IMG/VR virus record: IMGVR_UViG_3300027844_002282
DNA from: a virus
Direction: 5' to 3' (one strand)
Length of the DNA: 64,000 bases
The notes below the pieces were generated by a model. The model searched no databases. It was not told where the DNA came from and saw only the letters and a list, made by a program, of their open reading frames with translations. Of the stretch, positions 1-11,346 are shown piece after piece (the first letter of the stretch is position 1; the number at the start of each line of letters is the position of its first letter). A program made the translations under genes and the position numbers.

Positions 1-523
1 TTGGTCATCTCTACAGTCGTTGGTATTTCTCCAACCATAACAACTGCGGGTGAAGAATCTGTTCCGTCAAGATCGCTGTAATTAATGTCACCAGGCTGTA
101 TGTCGCCATCCAATGGATTAACGTCGTCCTCAAGAATCTCTCTTACATTATCAGCAGTCAATTCTTTCGGTAGGATATTCTCGTCATTCAGATCCTTTGT
201 CTCTTCTTCAATCATTATAGTTAATGATTGAAGAGGGTCTTCTTTAATAACCTTAGCGTTCGATTCATCGTCGGCGACAACAATATTTTCCTTCTCGGAA
301 CTCTCTTCCTCTTCTTTCTGATCGAAAGATTCATTAATCCCGCACATTGAGACCAGACCATTATGGATACAACCCAAAAGGTCAGCACTTTTTTCCACAT
401 CGTCTTTATCATATAGCACGAACTCCGTATTTGATGGTCGGATTGTTAAACCCAAACTGTCAATATGTAAGATCGTTCCGCTATTATTTCTTAGTTTTAC
501 CAAAGGCATTTTCATCTCCTGAT

Positions 524-880
524 TTATTTATTTGCTTTCTCGAATTTTTCTTCCTCAACGGGATTGTTAGAAAGTCTCTGTTCCTCAAGTTTCGGAACGT
601 CTCCTTTCGTTTCAACACGGTGATTAGAAAACATACTTTTCTCATTATCTAATTTTGCTTCGGTCACCCCAGCTTCTGCTCCAGTGTGCCTACTATCTAA
701 TTGACCTTCCGTCAATTCTGAATCATTTTGCCACCTTCCGTCTTCTAAATTGGCTTCAAGTGTTTCCGTTTTTATTAAATCAGCATAATCTCCAGATACT
801 TCGTCCAGCATCTTCTCGATTGTTCTCGCTTCTGCGAGCACCTTTGTACGCGCTCTTTTTTCGCTTAAGTTGTAAGACAT
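524..880 (-). CDS. hypothetical acidic protein, possibly virion-associated
   Basis: 118-aa ORF with RBS (GGAG), downstream of terminase; AGG-N19-GTA motif at 976-1000. Confidence 0.6.
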   Translation of the reverse strand: MSYNLSEKRARTKVLAEARTIEKMLDEVSGDYADLIKTETLEANLEDGRWQNDSELTEGQLDSRHTGAEAGVTEAKLDNEKSMFSNHRVETKGDVPKLEEQRLSNNPVEEEKFEKANK

Positions 881-1000
881 GTTATAAACTCCATTTTTCC
901 AAATTCATTTGTTGTTATTCTTTATAAGAGCGTTTATAGTCTTTGGCGCGAACCTGCTCCAGACTATCCTTATTTTACACTCAAGGACTATGTAAATCCT

Positions 1001-2752
1001 TTATGTAAAGTGTATATTAGCAACAACTCCCTGCGGGAGAGGATTTTTAAGAACTCTACCGATAGCCATCCAGGCAGCACCAGCGACACAATCAAGAAGA
1101 TCATCCGTGGTTATATCAGCCTGTGGGTCAGGAAAAATCTGGACCCCCCTCTGTGTTGGTCTATACTTAATATTAAGCATTTCACCAACAACCAAATCGC
1201 TTCCATAAAGAACCAATTCTCTCCTGTCCATGAGATCGAATAGGTTTTTGTAGTAATTAGCCTTTGGACCTCTTCCAAATGGTAACTGCTTGGCGTAAAA
1301 CCCCTTATTACTCAGGTAGCTTATGGAATGAACACTATTCCACGTGTCATATGTTACTGATATAGGCTTAAATATTCTTGCTATTTCAAGAATTTCATCA
1401 TCCAACTTTACAATATCAAGACCGACACCTGGCTGTGGTTTCCAGACCGCGTGGAAGGCTAATACTATCTTAAACCTCTTTTCCCCAGACGATGTGACAT
1501 ATCTCACTCTTTTAACAACAGCACAAGCGTAAGTGTCGTGTTTTGAGGCCGGGTCAATATGCATAAAGTATTCACAGCCACGGTCTCTTTGGTCCTCCAT
1601 ACTAAGATTAGGGTCAACTGCACCCATAACCTTGTCTTCAGGGAAGTACTTATGTACAGAGCCCATTGTAGACCACATTGCGCCAAACTCAATATTGAAA
1701 GCCTCTGGGTCTTTACTTCTCAACATTGTCAAATAGTCGCCATCATATGGGAATTCATCATTAATATCCCATGTTGCAAGGTGAAACCCAAGAATTCTGT
1801 CAAATTGCTTATCAATACTCTGCCCCTGCTTATGTATTGAATGGAAAATTCCAGACGGAATACCAGTCGTGGATAACTCCACCAACTTTCCTCCACCATA
1901 TGTGTCAAACTTTGCCATGGACGGAATCAAAGCGTTATAGAAGTCTCTTCCTGAAACAACTGGGTGTTCAGTGTAGTACTGTAGCTCATCAAACAGGATA
2001 CAAATAGCTGAATAACCACGCAAACTGTCCGGGTTACTATGTCCGCATATCAAAACAATAGATCCCTCAACAGCGATATTCATATCTGGATCGTCTTTTT
2101 TTCTAAGATCGATATCTGTATACAATCTTATCTCAGATGACGAGTCTCCCTTTCCCTGAACTCTCCCCTTAAAAAATGGAGCATTTCTTATCCTCGCCTT
2201 AACTTGTGAAAACAATCTTCCACCCTGTTTCTGGGAGTTTGCCACATTCAATATTGCTATCTCTTCATCGTATGGGATGTTATAATGCTTATATGGATCG
2301 CCAAGCTTGATTAACTTGTACGACTCGTAAGCGCAAATAACTGATGCGAGAAGGGTCTTGCTCGCACGTCTACCGCAGGCGAGATTTAGTTCCATAAAAT
2401 TGAAATTGTGAGGTTCTCCGGGATTGACCCCATCAACTTTTCTTTTTAACTTTTCAATGGCCGAATCTTGGCTCTTGGCGTATAGCCAGTTCCATTCTTC
2501 ATCCGTAAACTCTGTTTTTTCATTACCAGGAGTTCCGTAATAGAATGATTTGAGAATAACTCTCTGACTTAAAAATAAAACAAGGTTGTTTTTAGGTAGG
2601 GCCATCATGTCGTCCCTTTCACAAAAAGATATAACATCTATTAGACCTTCTTCAGTCTCGCCTTCTTCTATAACAAGATTATTCTTTTTTCTTATTTCGG
2701 TGACAGCGTTAGATAAGAAATTAACGTTGTTCCCTTTATTTTTCTTTTCCAT
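1001..2752 (-). CDS. terminase large subunit
   Basis: Walker A-like CGRRASKT, Walker B ILFDE, coupling motif LSTT, RNase H-like nuclease HIDPA ... DDLLD. Confidence 0.92.
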   Translation of the reverse strand: MEKKNKGNNVNFLSNAVTEIRKKNNLVIEEGETEEGLIDVISFCERDDMMALPKNNLVLFLSQRVILKSFYYGTPGNEKTEFTDEEWNWLYAKSQDSAIEKLKRKVDGVNPGEPHNFNFMELNLACGRRASKTLLASVICAYESYKLIKLGDPYKHYNIPYDEEIAILNVANSQKQGGRLFSQVKARIRNAPFFKGRVQGKGDSSSEIRLYTDIDLRKKDDPDMNIAVEGSIVLICGHSNPDSLRGYSAICILFDELQYYTEHPVVSGRDFYNALIPSMAKFDTYGGGKLVELSTTGIPSGIFHSIHKQGQSIDKQFDRILGFHLATWDINDEFPYDGDYLTMLRSKDPEAFNIEFGAMWSTMGSVHKYFPEDKVMGAVDPNLSMEDQRDRGCEYFMHIDPASKHDTYACAVVKRVRYVTSSGEKRFKIVLAFHAVWKPQPGVGLDIVKLDDEILEIARIFKPISVTYDTWNSVHSISYLSNKGFYAKQLPFGRGPKANYYKNLFDLMDRRELVLYGSDLVVGEMLNIKYRPTQRGVQIFPDPQADITTDDLLDCVAGAAWMAIGRVLKNPLPQGVVANIHFT

Positions 2753-2754
2753 TT

Positions 2755-4071
2755 TTACACATATTTTTCTAAGATATAACTCGGTAAAACTATTATATTC
2801 TCAACTTCATTGTCATATGTCATCTTGAGTGGAACGTCAAAATATCCATTCCTCTCTACAATTCCACTATGTATAACCTCTCCAGCTATACCGTCATATT
2901 TAGTTCCCGAATCAATGCATGTCATCAGTTTTGATTCTTGCAATGTCATCCTGTCTTTTTCAAGTGATTGTCTTATGGAATCTTCCACACCAGTCTTTGC
3001 GAACGAGACAAATGAGCAAAGCTTGGTTTCAGACTCTCCACCTTTCAACATGACATATACCTTTGTTTTGGTTCCGTCTCTCTTGTCAAATGCTAAAAAT
3101 CTATCTTTTACATAGTCCCCATTCTCTTGTGTCCCAACACTTATGTCGCCATCATTTGGTGGTTCTGGGACTATGATTATATCATCGTTTACCTTGTAAC
3201 TCGATATGGCCTTGAATATCGGATACCATAAATTGTTATAGTATGTCTGAGACATTAATGGGAACTTTGAAATCATATCTCCAAGTGGCTGGACCTTTGT
3301 CATGATCAAGCCCTTATCAAATTCAATACAGAATGGACCCTCATCAGTCGAGAAGTATAAGATATACTCTCCAGTATGCTCTCTATCTATCCCGGAAAAA
3401 GAGGTCTTAAAAGGAAGCCTTTCAATCACATCGTCGCTCATCTCAGATAGGGCTCCAGATATCCATGGAACATCTTTATTGGCCATTACCTGCATCATAG
3501 CTCCAGAGACGTTTGCTTCGAGGAAATCTCCAAAATGAGTTCTGATTTCCTTATATATTTTCTTCAATTTTCTCTTTAACTTGATCGTGTCTTTAGAATA
3601 TGGGCTCTTAACGTCGTGGTATCCTATTTCTAATATATCGATACCCTCTTTTGCATCGTTAACTGACTCGTCCGCCTCAAATTCCGCAATTGTATTAGAC
3701 ATTATTTCGGCATAATTATCTATCATGGTCTTAAAATTGTTAATTTTTGTCTTTAGACTGCCAGATTTACTATCGCCCTTCATATTCTCAATCATATTTA
3801 GGAAAGTCGTCAAAGCCATATTGAATTTATTTATAACCCTTGTTCTGATCTCATCAGGGCTAACCTTGTCTTCATAATCGGCCATTCTCGTCAGTTTGTC
3901 AGAATTCTCCCAATAGAATAGGCTCGCCTTAGAGGTCGCTTCCTGCATAGTTGGATAAGAACCCTCATCACCTATAAAAGGAAGATAATCATCTGAGCAG
4001 AACAGTTCTGTATCTGCATAAATGATTGAAAAAACGTATCCAGCATTCTTTTTATATATTTTTAGATCCAT
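2755..4071 (-). CDS. hypothetical protein co-transcribed with terminase
   Basis: 438-aa ORF with RBS AGGTG; abuts the terminase start. Confidence 0.75.
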   Translation of the reverse strand: MDLKIYKKNAGYVFSIIYADTELFCSDDYLPFIGDEGSYPTMQEATSKASLFYWENSDKLTRMADYEDKVSPDEIRTRVINKFNMALTTFLNMIENMKGDSKSGSLKTKINNFKTMIDNYAEIMSNTIAEFEADESVNDAKEGIDILEIGYHDVKSPYSKDTIKLKRKLKKIYKEIRTHFGDFLEANVSGAMMQVMANKDVPWISGALSEMSDDVIERLPFKTSFSGIDREHTGEYILYFSTDEGPFCIEFDKGLIMTKVQPLGDMISKFPLMSQTYYNNLWYPIFKAISSYKVNDDIIIVPEPPNDGDISVGTQENGDYVKDRFLAFDKRDGTKTKVYVMLKGGESETKLCSFVSFAKTGVEDSIRQSLEKDRMTLQESKLMTCIDSGTKYDGIAGEVIHSGIVERNGYFDVPLKMTYDNEVENIIVLPSYILEKYV

Positions 4072-4134
4072 ATGACACCTATATTTATTACATATTGCTT
4101 CTATAAACGGGTATGTAAACCCTTTTCCTAAAAA

Positions 4135-4899
4135 TTAGATATGAGCTTCTACTATGGGTACTTCAATGACTTTTTCATGGAAGAATGAGTGCCCCCAGAG
4201 GCCATCCTCTCCCATACAATCCCCGTGGTCTGAACATAGAATAATATCTGTGTTTTTCATCTTCGGAGATTGAAGTAATCTTTCGATCATTTTATCAAGA
4301 TACTCTATACATCTGATCTGAGCAGATCGACACCGTTTATCACCCCAATTAATTGGCTCATCATTTTCTCGTATCCTATAACTGTGATGAGTTTCTCCAA
4401 AATTCATAAATAAGAAAAACTTCTTATCTGTAGGTAATTCTTCAAGAACATAGTCAATCTGTTTCTTTGCAACCGTGAACTCTCCAAAGAACCCGAACTT
4501 CTTAAAATCGTCAATTGCCGAAATGTGCGCTGGTTTATTTATATTGAACCATCCAACAGCACCAGTTCCAACAGTATCATACCCCTTCATATTGAATCCA
4601 TGAACAATATTTCTCCCGTCAAGTTGAACATGAGCATCTCCGGGGGACTCTGGGTTATTCAATCTCCACCACTGGCGACCATCTGTCTTCCTACCCGATC
4701 TCGCACAAGTATCGAAAGATCCACTACGTGTATGGGGTAATTTTCCAATGAAGAATGAGGTATGAGCCGGTAGAGTATATGTCCCATGTGTAAATGCCTT
4801 TTCAAATGGGAACGATTTTATTGTCGGCAAGTTAGCGTCTCTGAACGTGTCCCATCTTAAACTGTCAAAAACTATTAATGCTTGATTTCTCATTTCCAA
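4135..4899 (-). CDS. sulfatase / alkaline-phosphatase-superfamily hydrolase
   Basis: motifs DSLRWD, TLPAHTS, ETHHSY, SDHG, WGH...EVPI. Confidence 0.8.
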   Translation of the reverse strand: MEMRNQALIVFDSLRWDTFRDANLPTIKSFPFEKAFTHGTYTLPAHTSFFIGKLPHTRSGSFDTCARSGRKTDGRQWWRLNNPESPGDAHVQLDGRNIVHGFNMKGYDTVGTGAVGWFNINKPAHISAIDDFKKFGFFGEFTVAKKQIDYVLEELPTDKKFFLFMNFGETHHSYRIRENDEPINWGDKRCRSAQIRCIEYLDKMIERLLQSPKMKNTDIILCSDHGDCMGEDGLWGHSFFHEKVIEVPIVEAHI

Positions 4900-6125
4900 T
4901 TTATCTCGTGAATATCTCCATTAAAACCATGTGGCGTAACTCCAACAGGTAGATACCTCTTTAAAATCTGAATATCTTCATTTCCAAACTTCAAACCGCT
5001 CAAATCTACGGGTCTCTTCCTTACTATTACGCTTATATTATATCCATACTTTTTTACCCTCGCTAATGAACAGTCGAATCCAGCCAGGATGAGATGCATA
5101 AGGAGTAACCCAGCGTTCCACAAAGATACGTGTCCGCCAACGATCTCGTGTTTTAATGGAGGTACTGTTATGGCTAAGACCCCATCGTCGGTAAGGTCTC
5201 TGTGTATCTTCTTCAAAAATTCATTAGGACTTAATTGGTGTTCGAGAACATGAGAACACCATATACAATCGAACTTCTTGTCGAATTCATGATCACTATA
5301 GTCCCCAACTATATCGGCGTGTTTTCCATGGACATAATCTATAGAGGTAACGTCCTTTCTACACGACTTAAAAGCCGCCTTATGGTTCCCATGTCTACCG
5401 CATCCGATATCAAGTACTGATTTGAACTCGAAGTCGTTGACGAGCTTTGAAATGCATTCGTGAGAATGCATTTCAGTAAAAACAATCGGCTTTCTCTTCG
5501 TAATAATAGCTGCACTGTCAATATCTATTTTCATATCAAGAAACTTTGATATTGTATTCCATTCTTCTTTAGGGAAAGATGTGACATCTTCAAAATTAAC
5601 ATTTAGACAATCAATACCCTGATTGCTTACGTGTTCAACCATTTTATCTCTAAACCCGTTCCATTTTTCTATCCTACCCTTATAGTGCTTCGGGCTCAAC
5701 TTGTTCATCTTAGCCGAAGAAGCGGCTTGGTTGTCAATGTTTCTATGGAGAACGATGACTCTTACATCTACACCTGAATCTTTTAACTCTTTCAAGAATG
5801 GAAGGTCGTATGTTCTATATGATTTAGTCGCTACGACATCTTTGTTTTTATACTGGTTATTTAGGAATTTCTTATAGTCCTTAATATTCTCTTCACCCCT
5901 CTCTATAACACTCTCGATTGGTGGCGGGTTTTCGCAAACAAATAATTTCTTGTATATCTTCTTTATCTTATTTATGTGGGGCTCACTCTCAAAATATCCG
6001 CCTGGATTGAATTTGTCTTCAGTCTTCGTGTCCTTCACGAACGCTCCTGATTTCCTCAAAACCTTCATCATGTATGAAGACCCAATCCTCCCCATCCCAT
6101 ATGTTAATACAATCAATTTCTTCAT
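4890..6125 (-). CDS. sulfotransferase-like domain fused to class I SAM methyltransferase
   Basis: N-terminal GMGRIGSS PAPS-loop and NPGGYFE; C-terminal VLDIGCG, SHVLEH. Confidence 0.8.
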   Translation of the reverse strand: MKKLIVLTYGMGRIGSSYMMKVLRKSGAFVKDTKTEDKFNPGGYFESEPHINKIKKIYKKLFVCENPPPIESVIERGEENIKDYKKFLNNQYKNKDVVATKSYRTYDLPFLKELKDSGVDVRVIVLHRNIDNQAASSAKMNKLSPKHYKGRIEKWNGFRDKMVEHVSNQGIDCLNVNFEDVTSFPKEEWNTISKFLDMKIDIDSAAIITKRKPIVFTEMHSHECISKLVNDFEFKSVLDIGCGRHGNHKAAFKSCRKDVTSIDYVHGKHADIVGDYSDHEFDKKFDCIWCSHVLEHQLSPNEFLKKIHRDLTDDGVLAITVPPLKHEIVGGHVSLWNAGLLLMHLILAGFDCSLARVKKYGYNISVIVRKRPVDLSGLKFGNEDIQILKRYLPVGVTPHGFNGDIHEINWK

Positions 6126-7525
6126 ACCAATTTCTCCAAGAAAGAAGTTTTGTCGTCACTAATGATGATACTTATTTTACCCTTATATTTATCAAGTATG
6201 CTTCTGTACGCTTTTGTTACCCCAGGCCAAGCCTGATTTTTGTAATCGTCAATAGCGATCACTCCGCCCTTAACAACATACGGGAACATCATTCCAAAAT
6301 CAGAATTTACAGCCGCCTCGCTGTGTTCTCCATCTATATACACGAAATTAAATTTTCGCCCTTCTATTTCTTTCTTAAGCTCGCATGAGGGGATGAAAAA
6401 ATGTTTATGGTTGGATAGCTTGGAGATGTGCTCGCAAAATTTTTCTCTAAATTTACCAATATTATTAGCCCCGTCTGTATTTAATCCTCCAGAGGCGAAT
6501 TTATCATTCAGTGGATCACATGAATACAATTCCCAATTTGGGAAAAGTGACATCATCATGTTAGAGATAAAAACAGTCGTCTTCCCAGCCTTCACCCCAA
6601 TCTCACACATATCTCCAACGATGTCTTTTTTCTTAAGCGAGAAAAATATATCTGCCATATCACCCATGACTTGTTTCTGACTTTTTAGATCCTCAACCTT
6701 TTTTGCTTCCCCTATAGCATCCCTAATGATCTTATTTTTCAAAGGTTCTGGGTATACCTCGTTATAGACTTTTCCCTTCTGTCGCCGTTCATTAAGTCTC
6801 TTGAAATGGGGGACATCCATCCAGTTATCTGGCCAGACTTGTGTGGCAGTTTCAATCCTCTTGCAATTCTTAAAATGTAAGTAGCATCTTTTGTCAATTT
6901 TACTCTCAGAAGAAGAATAGTTATTTAAGACTTCGCAGAAATCACCCTGTATATAATAAGACTCCGGGCAAACCTTGAAAACCCTTGGCTCGAATGTCGC
7001 TACCAAGTCTGGACTAAAATGAGAGATGTGATCCCCACTAAGATTTATTCCATGGAAAAACGTCTTCCCAAACTTTTTGTAGTTAGAAAGATCGGCGACC
7101 ATATTTGGCGTGGCTATCATATCACCATCCCACTTACAAACAAAGGATCTACTCGTGAGGGATAAGGACCAATTATAATAGTACGCAAGATCATGTATGG
7201 AGTCTTCTGGAATATCTCTATGACCGGGGCCATTATGATGCATCTTGAAAGGATATTGATATATCTTTATTTTATCAGAGTTAATATTCCTTATAATATT
7301 TTCTGTATTATCTTCCGAGCCATTTAGTGTAACGATTATCTCATCGAAAAACCCAAGTACAGACTGAATACTTGGTAGTATAAACTCTTCTTCGTTCTTT
7401 ATCCTGATCATTGCGGAAATTCCATCTTTCCTATTCTCAAGCCAGTCTTTTTTTATAAAATACTTTTCTACCCCTTCTCTATTTTTAAGATGCATTTTAA
7501 CCTCTATAGAATGGTTCCGAACCAT
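6122..7525 (-). CDS. GT2-like glycosyltransferase fused to Methyltransf_24-type methyltransferase
   Basis: ISAMIRIKNEE, KWDGD (DxD); C-terminal EIGVKAG, YIDGEH, IAIDDY. Confidence 0.8.
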   Translation of the reverse strand: MVRNHSIEVKMHLKNREGVEKYFIKKDWLENRKDGISAMIRIKNEEEFILPSIQSVLGFFDEIIVTLNGSEDNTENIIRNINSDKIKIYQYPFKMHHNGPGHRDIPEDSIHDLAYYYNWSLSLTSRSFVCKWDGDMIATPNMVADLSNYKKFGKTFFHGINLSGDHISHFSPDLVATFEPRVFKVCPESYYIQGDFCEVLNNYSSSESKIDKRCYLHFKNCKRIETATQVWPDNWMDVPHFKRLNERRQKGKVYNEVYPEPLKNKIIRDAIGEAKKVEDLKSQKQVMGDMADIFFSLKKKDIVGDMCEIGVKAGKTTVFISNMMMSLFPNWELYSCDPLNDKFASGGLNTDGANNIGKFREKFCEHISKLSNHKHFFIPSCELKKEIEGRKFNFVYIDGEHSEAAVNSDFGMMFPYVVKGGVIAIDDYKNQAWPGVTKAYRSILDKYKGKISIIISDDKTSFLEKLV

Positions 7526-8325
7526 TTATCTAATTTATCAGACCCTACCGGGATCTGCTTATCAATAAGGGCAGCAAGTAATTTGTCAACCCTATCGGTG
7601 TGAGAATTAACATATCCTATCCCAAGAGATGTCGTGGGAGCGCCAAGCATTAAAGATTCAAGCAAGCATGTTGAATTTATCCCTATCACACGCTTAGAAT
7701 ATCTTGCTATATCTAAAAAATTTCCAGTGCTTGTCACTTTATTTTTGGCAGAACAGGTGACCTTTATTGAATTCGGGTCTAACGGGTGACCCTTGAAAAT
7801 TATTTTGTCTTCTGGATATATCCTTTCAACATAGTTAATCAACGCCTGCATCTTTTTGAAAGGGGAAAACTTCAAAATATTTGTGTCCCCCTCAAGCTGT
7901 AGCGGGCATAGTATATTCTCTCCACCGACCCAAGGTTTACCACCAATGTATTTTTTTTTGAAATCTTCTAAAGATTTAATATGTGCATCCGTTATCCATG
8001 ATAAGTCATCTGACATCAAAGATCCATGCCCATTTATACCCATAGTGTCAACAAAATAGTTCGATCTTTGCGGAAACCATCCAACCTCAACAATCCGATG
8101 CGGAATGTTCAATTTTCTACAAAGGTGTTTGATATGGCTTGTCGATTCCATTTCACCATTCCATATCATTACAAAATCATACCTCTTGCTTGTAAGCTCA
8201 GATTCTGTAATCCTCTTTCGACAAACATTTATTTCAACTATATGACCCTTGTTTTTGCAATACGATTCAAAGCCTTTAAGCCATGGACCAAAATGATCAT
8301 CGAAATAGTCATAAAACCCTACCAT
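7504..8325 (-). CDS. capsular polysaccharide (KpsS/KpsC-like) GT-B protein
   Basis: motifs IWNG, EVGWFP, PLQLEGD, KGHP, INSTCLLE. Confidence 0.7.
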   Translation of the reverse strand: MVGFYDYFDDHFGPWLKGFESYCKNKGHIVEINVCRKRITESELTSKRYDFVMIWNGEMESTSHIKHLCRKLNIPHRIVEVGWFPQRSNYFVDTMGINGHGSLMSDDLSWITDAHIKSLEDFKKKYIGGKPWVGGENILCPLQLEGDTNILKFSPFKKMQALINYVERIYPEDKIIFKGHPLDPNSIKVTCSAKNKVTSTGNFLDIARYSKRVIGINSTCLLESLMLGAPTTSLGIGYVNSHTDRVDKLLAALIDKQIPVGSDKLDKWFGTIL

Positions 8326-8337
8326 AATAATTAGTCC

Positions 8338-9051
8338 TCAAAATTTAATACCATGTTTTTTATGGAACAGATTCGAATTTCTCCCGTTGCTGCCACCCTT
8401 CTTAGCTAATTCAGAAACTTTATGATGTAGATGTCGTGTCGTCGAAAACTTATGACTTTTGCATAGTATCTTAATATTTGCTGCACGTTTAGAAAAATCG
8501 AGATCTTCGAAGCCCCAGGCTCCATCAAAGCCCTCGTCAAAACCACCAATTTTATTCCAGAGAGCCTTTGTGAAACAAACGTTACCACCATAAGCCTTGG
8601 ACCAATTGATACCAACCAATGGTTTTCCATCTTTGAAATCTTTCCTTCTCGGATCTTTTTGTTGTAGGAACTTTCCGTTCGAATTATATCGATCAGTCAT
8701 ACCAACGGAAATAACTCCTGGGTGGTGCCAGAAAACACGGTCATGACCCTCAAAGTATTTCTTTTCTGGAGCGCAATCCGCATCGAGTAAAACAATGTGC
8801 TCGTGTTTCGCGAGAGAAATACCAATATTTCTATTGCCATTCAATCTGTATTGACCAGATTGGCCACGCTGGTAGATATGGTTGAAAAAATTAGAATCTC
8901 TCGCCCAATCCATAGTTTCGTCTGTTGATTTGTCATCAACCAAAATTATCTCAAGGCATCTCTCGTTTTCACGGATTCGATCAAGGACTATCATTAAAGA
9001 TTCTAATTTATTATAGCTGCAAATAACAACGCTATACGGCAATGTGTGCAT
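8338..9051 (-). CDS. glycosyltransferase family 2
   Basis: SVVICSYN, VDDKSTD, LDADC, GGFDEGF...WGFED. Confidence 0.9.
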   Translation of the reverse strand: MHTLPYSVVICSYNKLESLMIVLDRIRENERCLEIILVDDKSTDETMDWARDSNFFNHIYQRGQSGQYRLNGNRNIGISLAKHEHIVLLDADCAPEKKYFEGHDRVFWHHPGVISVGMTDRYNSNGKFLQQKDPRRKDFKDGKPLVGINWSKAYGGNVCFTKALWNKIGGFDEGFDGAWGFEDLDFSKRAANIKILCKSHKFSTTRHLHHKVSELAKKGGSNGRNSNLFHKKHGIKF

Positions 9052-9842
9052 TACTTGGCCTCATCCGGTGGTTCATATTCAAACATACCAAGAAGTCTTT
9101 CTACGCCAATTGGAAAGTCGTCAAAGTTGTCTGGTTTTGGGAGTCCAACTTCTCCATCGTAACCTTCGCTCTGTCTTTTCTTGGCCTTGTCCGCTTGCTC
9201 TTGATACGCTGGCATTGAAGAATAAATTTTCGCATGACTAATACTTTTTTCGTCGCAATTTTTAGGGAAGACCCAGCCGAGATGATAAATTGGTTTTGGT
9301 GGCATGGTCGGCGCGACTACTGGGTCGATCCCCCCCTCAAAAGTCCAAGCGTCTCCCATGAGGGAAATGCTTGGTACGTTCCGAACCATCCGAATCGCGG
9401 CGCTGTATGCTGCGGCACCTTTTGGCAAGGGTGTCCACGATCCAATAAAGTGGTTAAACATGAATTTAACGGAGTTTACTTTCCCCTGCTTACCTTCAGA
9501 AATTCCTTTGATGAACTGCCAGTTGTCTTCGTGAATAATTTCGTCCGCCTGAAGATAGTAGACCCATTCGTGTGAACATCTTTTTAGCGCCTCTGAAGAT
9601 ACGGTAGCGATAACTTCACCGTGAGCACTCTTCTTCCAGTTAGTTCTAAAAAGTTTAACCTTTTCGGGGTGAAGGTATCTGAATTTTTCCATGTATACGT
9701 ATGTGTCGTCATCTGAGTGCCCCTCGCTGATTACGATTTCATCAGCGAAATCAAGACAAGAATTTAGAGATTCCCAAAACGGATAACCATTTCTCATCCC
9801 GTTTCTAATTACGAAACACACTGATATCCCAGGTTTTTTCAT
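9051..9842 (-). CDS. glycosyltransferase (GT-A fold)
   Basis: GYPFWES, DEIVISEGHSDD, LQADE, IYHLGWV. Confidence 0.85.
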   Translation of the reverse strand: MKKPGISVCFVIRNGMRNGYPFWESLNSCLDFADEIVISEGHSDDDTYVYMEKFRYLHPEKVKLFRTNWKKSAHGEVIATVSSEALKRCSHEWVYYLQADEIIHEDNWQFIKGISEGKQGKVNSVKFMFNHFIGSWTPLPKGAAAYSAAIRMVRNVPSISLMGDAWTFEGGIDPVVAPTMPPKPIYHLGWVFPKNCDEKSISHAKIYSSMPAYQEQADKAKKRQSEGYDGEVGLPKPDNFDDFPIGVERLLGMFEYEPPDEAK

Positions 9843-10930
9843 ATTTTTTCGATCCTTTCGAGTAACTGGTTATTAATTGTAAAAATAGCCTCGGCAGAAA
9901 CGTGCTTAGCCCAATCCTTATCGAGATCTTCCACCGTTCTCAACTGCTTCAACATATCTCCGATACATTCCTCGTTTCGAGACTCATTTGGGAAAAACAA
10001 ACTCTGCGTCAAAATCCTAATCAACTCCTTGCGCCAGGTTTTCTGACCGATCTTGCTTTTGACCGTCAAGTCGATCATCCGATCAATATCAAAACCGTGA
10101 ATTATTTTCGGGCTGTGCGTCGTAAAAACTATTTGACAATTTGGGAAACATTTTTCAATGCAGCCAACCAGAGCCATGTGACGACTCAACTCTACGTGCA
10201 TCTCTACGTCATCGATCAACACCACAGATGGCATTATTTCCTTGTTTAACAACGTTGTGAAGCACTTTATGATCTTTTTCTCCCCCTTACTACACTCTCG
10301 GTCAGAAATCGTCTCATTGGGCTTAGTTATCGTCAATCCTAAAACGTGTTCATCCATCTGTGCGGCGCGATTTTTTAAGTTTCCGTTGTTAAGATTAACT
10401 GTGAACGGAGACATCGGACACTCGACTTTATCCACCTTGTATCCTGTAACGGATTCGAAGAGTTCTTTGAATTCTTCCCATTGTTCAAGTCGAAGTTGAA
10501 AAGTATGTAGCTCTTCGTCATATCTCGTCCTGAAAGATTGACGCATGAGCGTCTCCGCAATCTCCTTCGGGTGGCCCTTTTCACGGAGGTATCCACTCTT
10601 GTCGATGGCGATACTATAATCTCCGAACTCGGAACTAATCTCCGCCTCAATCAAAAAGTTAGCCTTCTCCTGCTCTGGCACGGTCATCTGTTTGTAATTA
10701 CGAATGCATTTTCTCATTGACACCTCAATTCTATCAGAATCGTATGCGGCGAAGGTTGACATCGCGAGAGTTATAGCGTCTAAAATCGTAGTTTTACCAC
10801 TGCCGTTGGGACCGAACAGGCCGAACAGTAGATAGATACCCTCGTCATTTGAGAAGTTTAAGTGAAAATCTTCGTAACACTTAAAGTTTTTAAGAGTAAG
10901 ACTTTTGATCGCTAATCGGGGTTGAGACAT
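9839..10930 (-). CDS. ABC/SMC-like AAA ATPase
   Basis: LTLKNFK, Walker A GPNGSGKT, signature SKGEK, Walker B LIDDVE, TTHSP. Confidence 0.85.
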   Translation of the reverse strand: MSQPRLAIKSLTLKNFKCYEDFHLNFSNDEGIYLLFGLFGPNGSGKTTILDAITLAMSTFAAYDSDRIEVSMRKCIRNYKQMTVPEQEKANFLIEAEISSEFGDYSIAIDKSGYLREKGHPKEIAETLMRQSFRTRYDEELHTFQLRLEQWEEFKELFESVTGYKVDKVECPMSPFTVNLNNGNLKNRAAQMDEHVLGLTITKPNETISDRECSKGEKKIIKCFTTLLNKEIMPSVVLIDDVEMHVELSRHMALVGCIEKCFPNCQIVFTTHSPKIIHGFDIDRMIDLTVKSKIGQKTWRKELIRILTQSLFFPNESRNEECIGDMLKQLRTVEDLDKDWAKHVSAEAIFTINNQLLERIEKI

Positions 10931-10935
10931 GGTTT

Positions 10936-11346
10936 TTATCCTTCTTTTTGAAATATCATTTTTTCTATTAAAATATCATGGAGTAGACTGACGTGAAACG
11001 TGAGTACTACACCGGCCCCCGTTTCTTGCATGCTAAAATGAACATGACTGAACAGCGAAAACGTGCTGTTGTATTCTTGCGGAGTGATCTCCACAATTTT
11101 TTCGATAAATTTTGAGAGATGACTTCTTACAATTAACTCACCGATAGTATCGACGTGGAAGATTGATATTGAAGCGGGCTTCAGCTTTTTGAAAGTGGCG
11201 GTTAGACGAGAGTCGCCGCCGCATAAATAACTTATTGGAACAGTGAAATTCACTCGCCCCTCTTTTCTCACACGCACATGCTTGATGAAGTCTTGCTCAC
11301 CTGTTGCTTTTAATAATTTGGAGCATATTCTTTCGCCTAAATTCAT
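10936..11346 (-). CDS. hypothetical protein
   Basis: 136-aa ORF heading the minus-strand operon. Confidence 0.6.
   Translation of the reverse strand: MNLGERICSKLLKATGEQDFIKHVRVRKEGRVNFTVPISYLCGGDSRLTATFKKLKPASISIFHVDTIGELIVRSHLSKFIEKIVEITPQEYNSTFSLFSHVHFSMQETGAGVVLTFHVSLLHDILIEKMIFQKEG

Noticed and set aside
9839-10930. AAA ATPase as part of a defence system (PARIS/Septu/Gabija-like)
   Set aside because: No recognisable TOPRIM, HNH or helicase partner adjacent.
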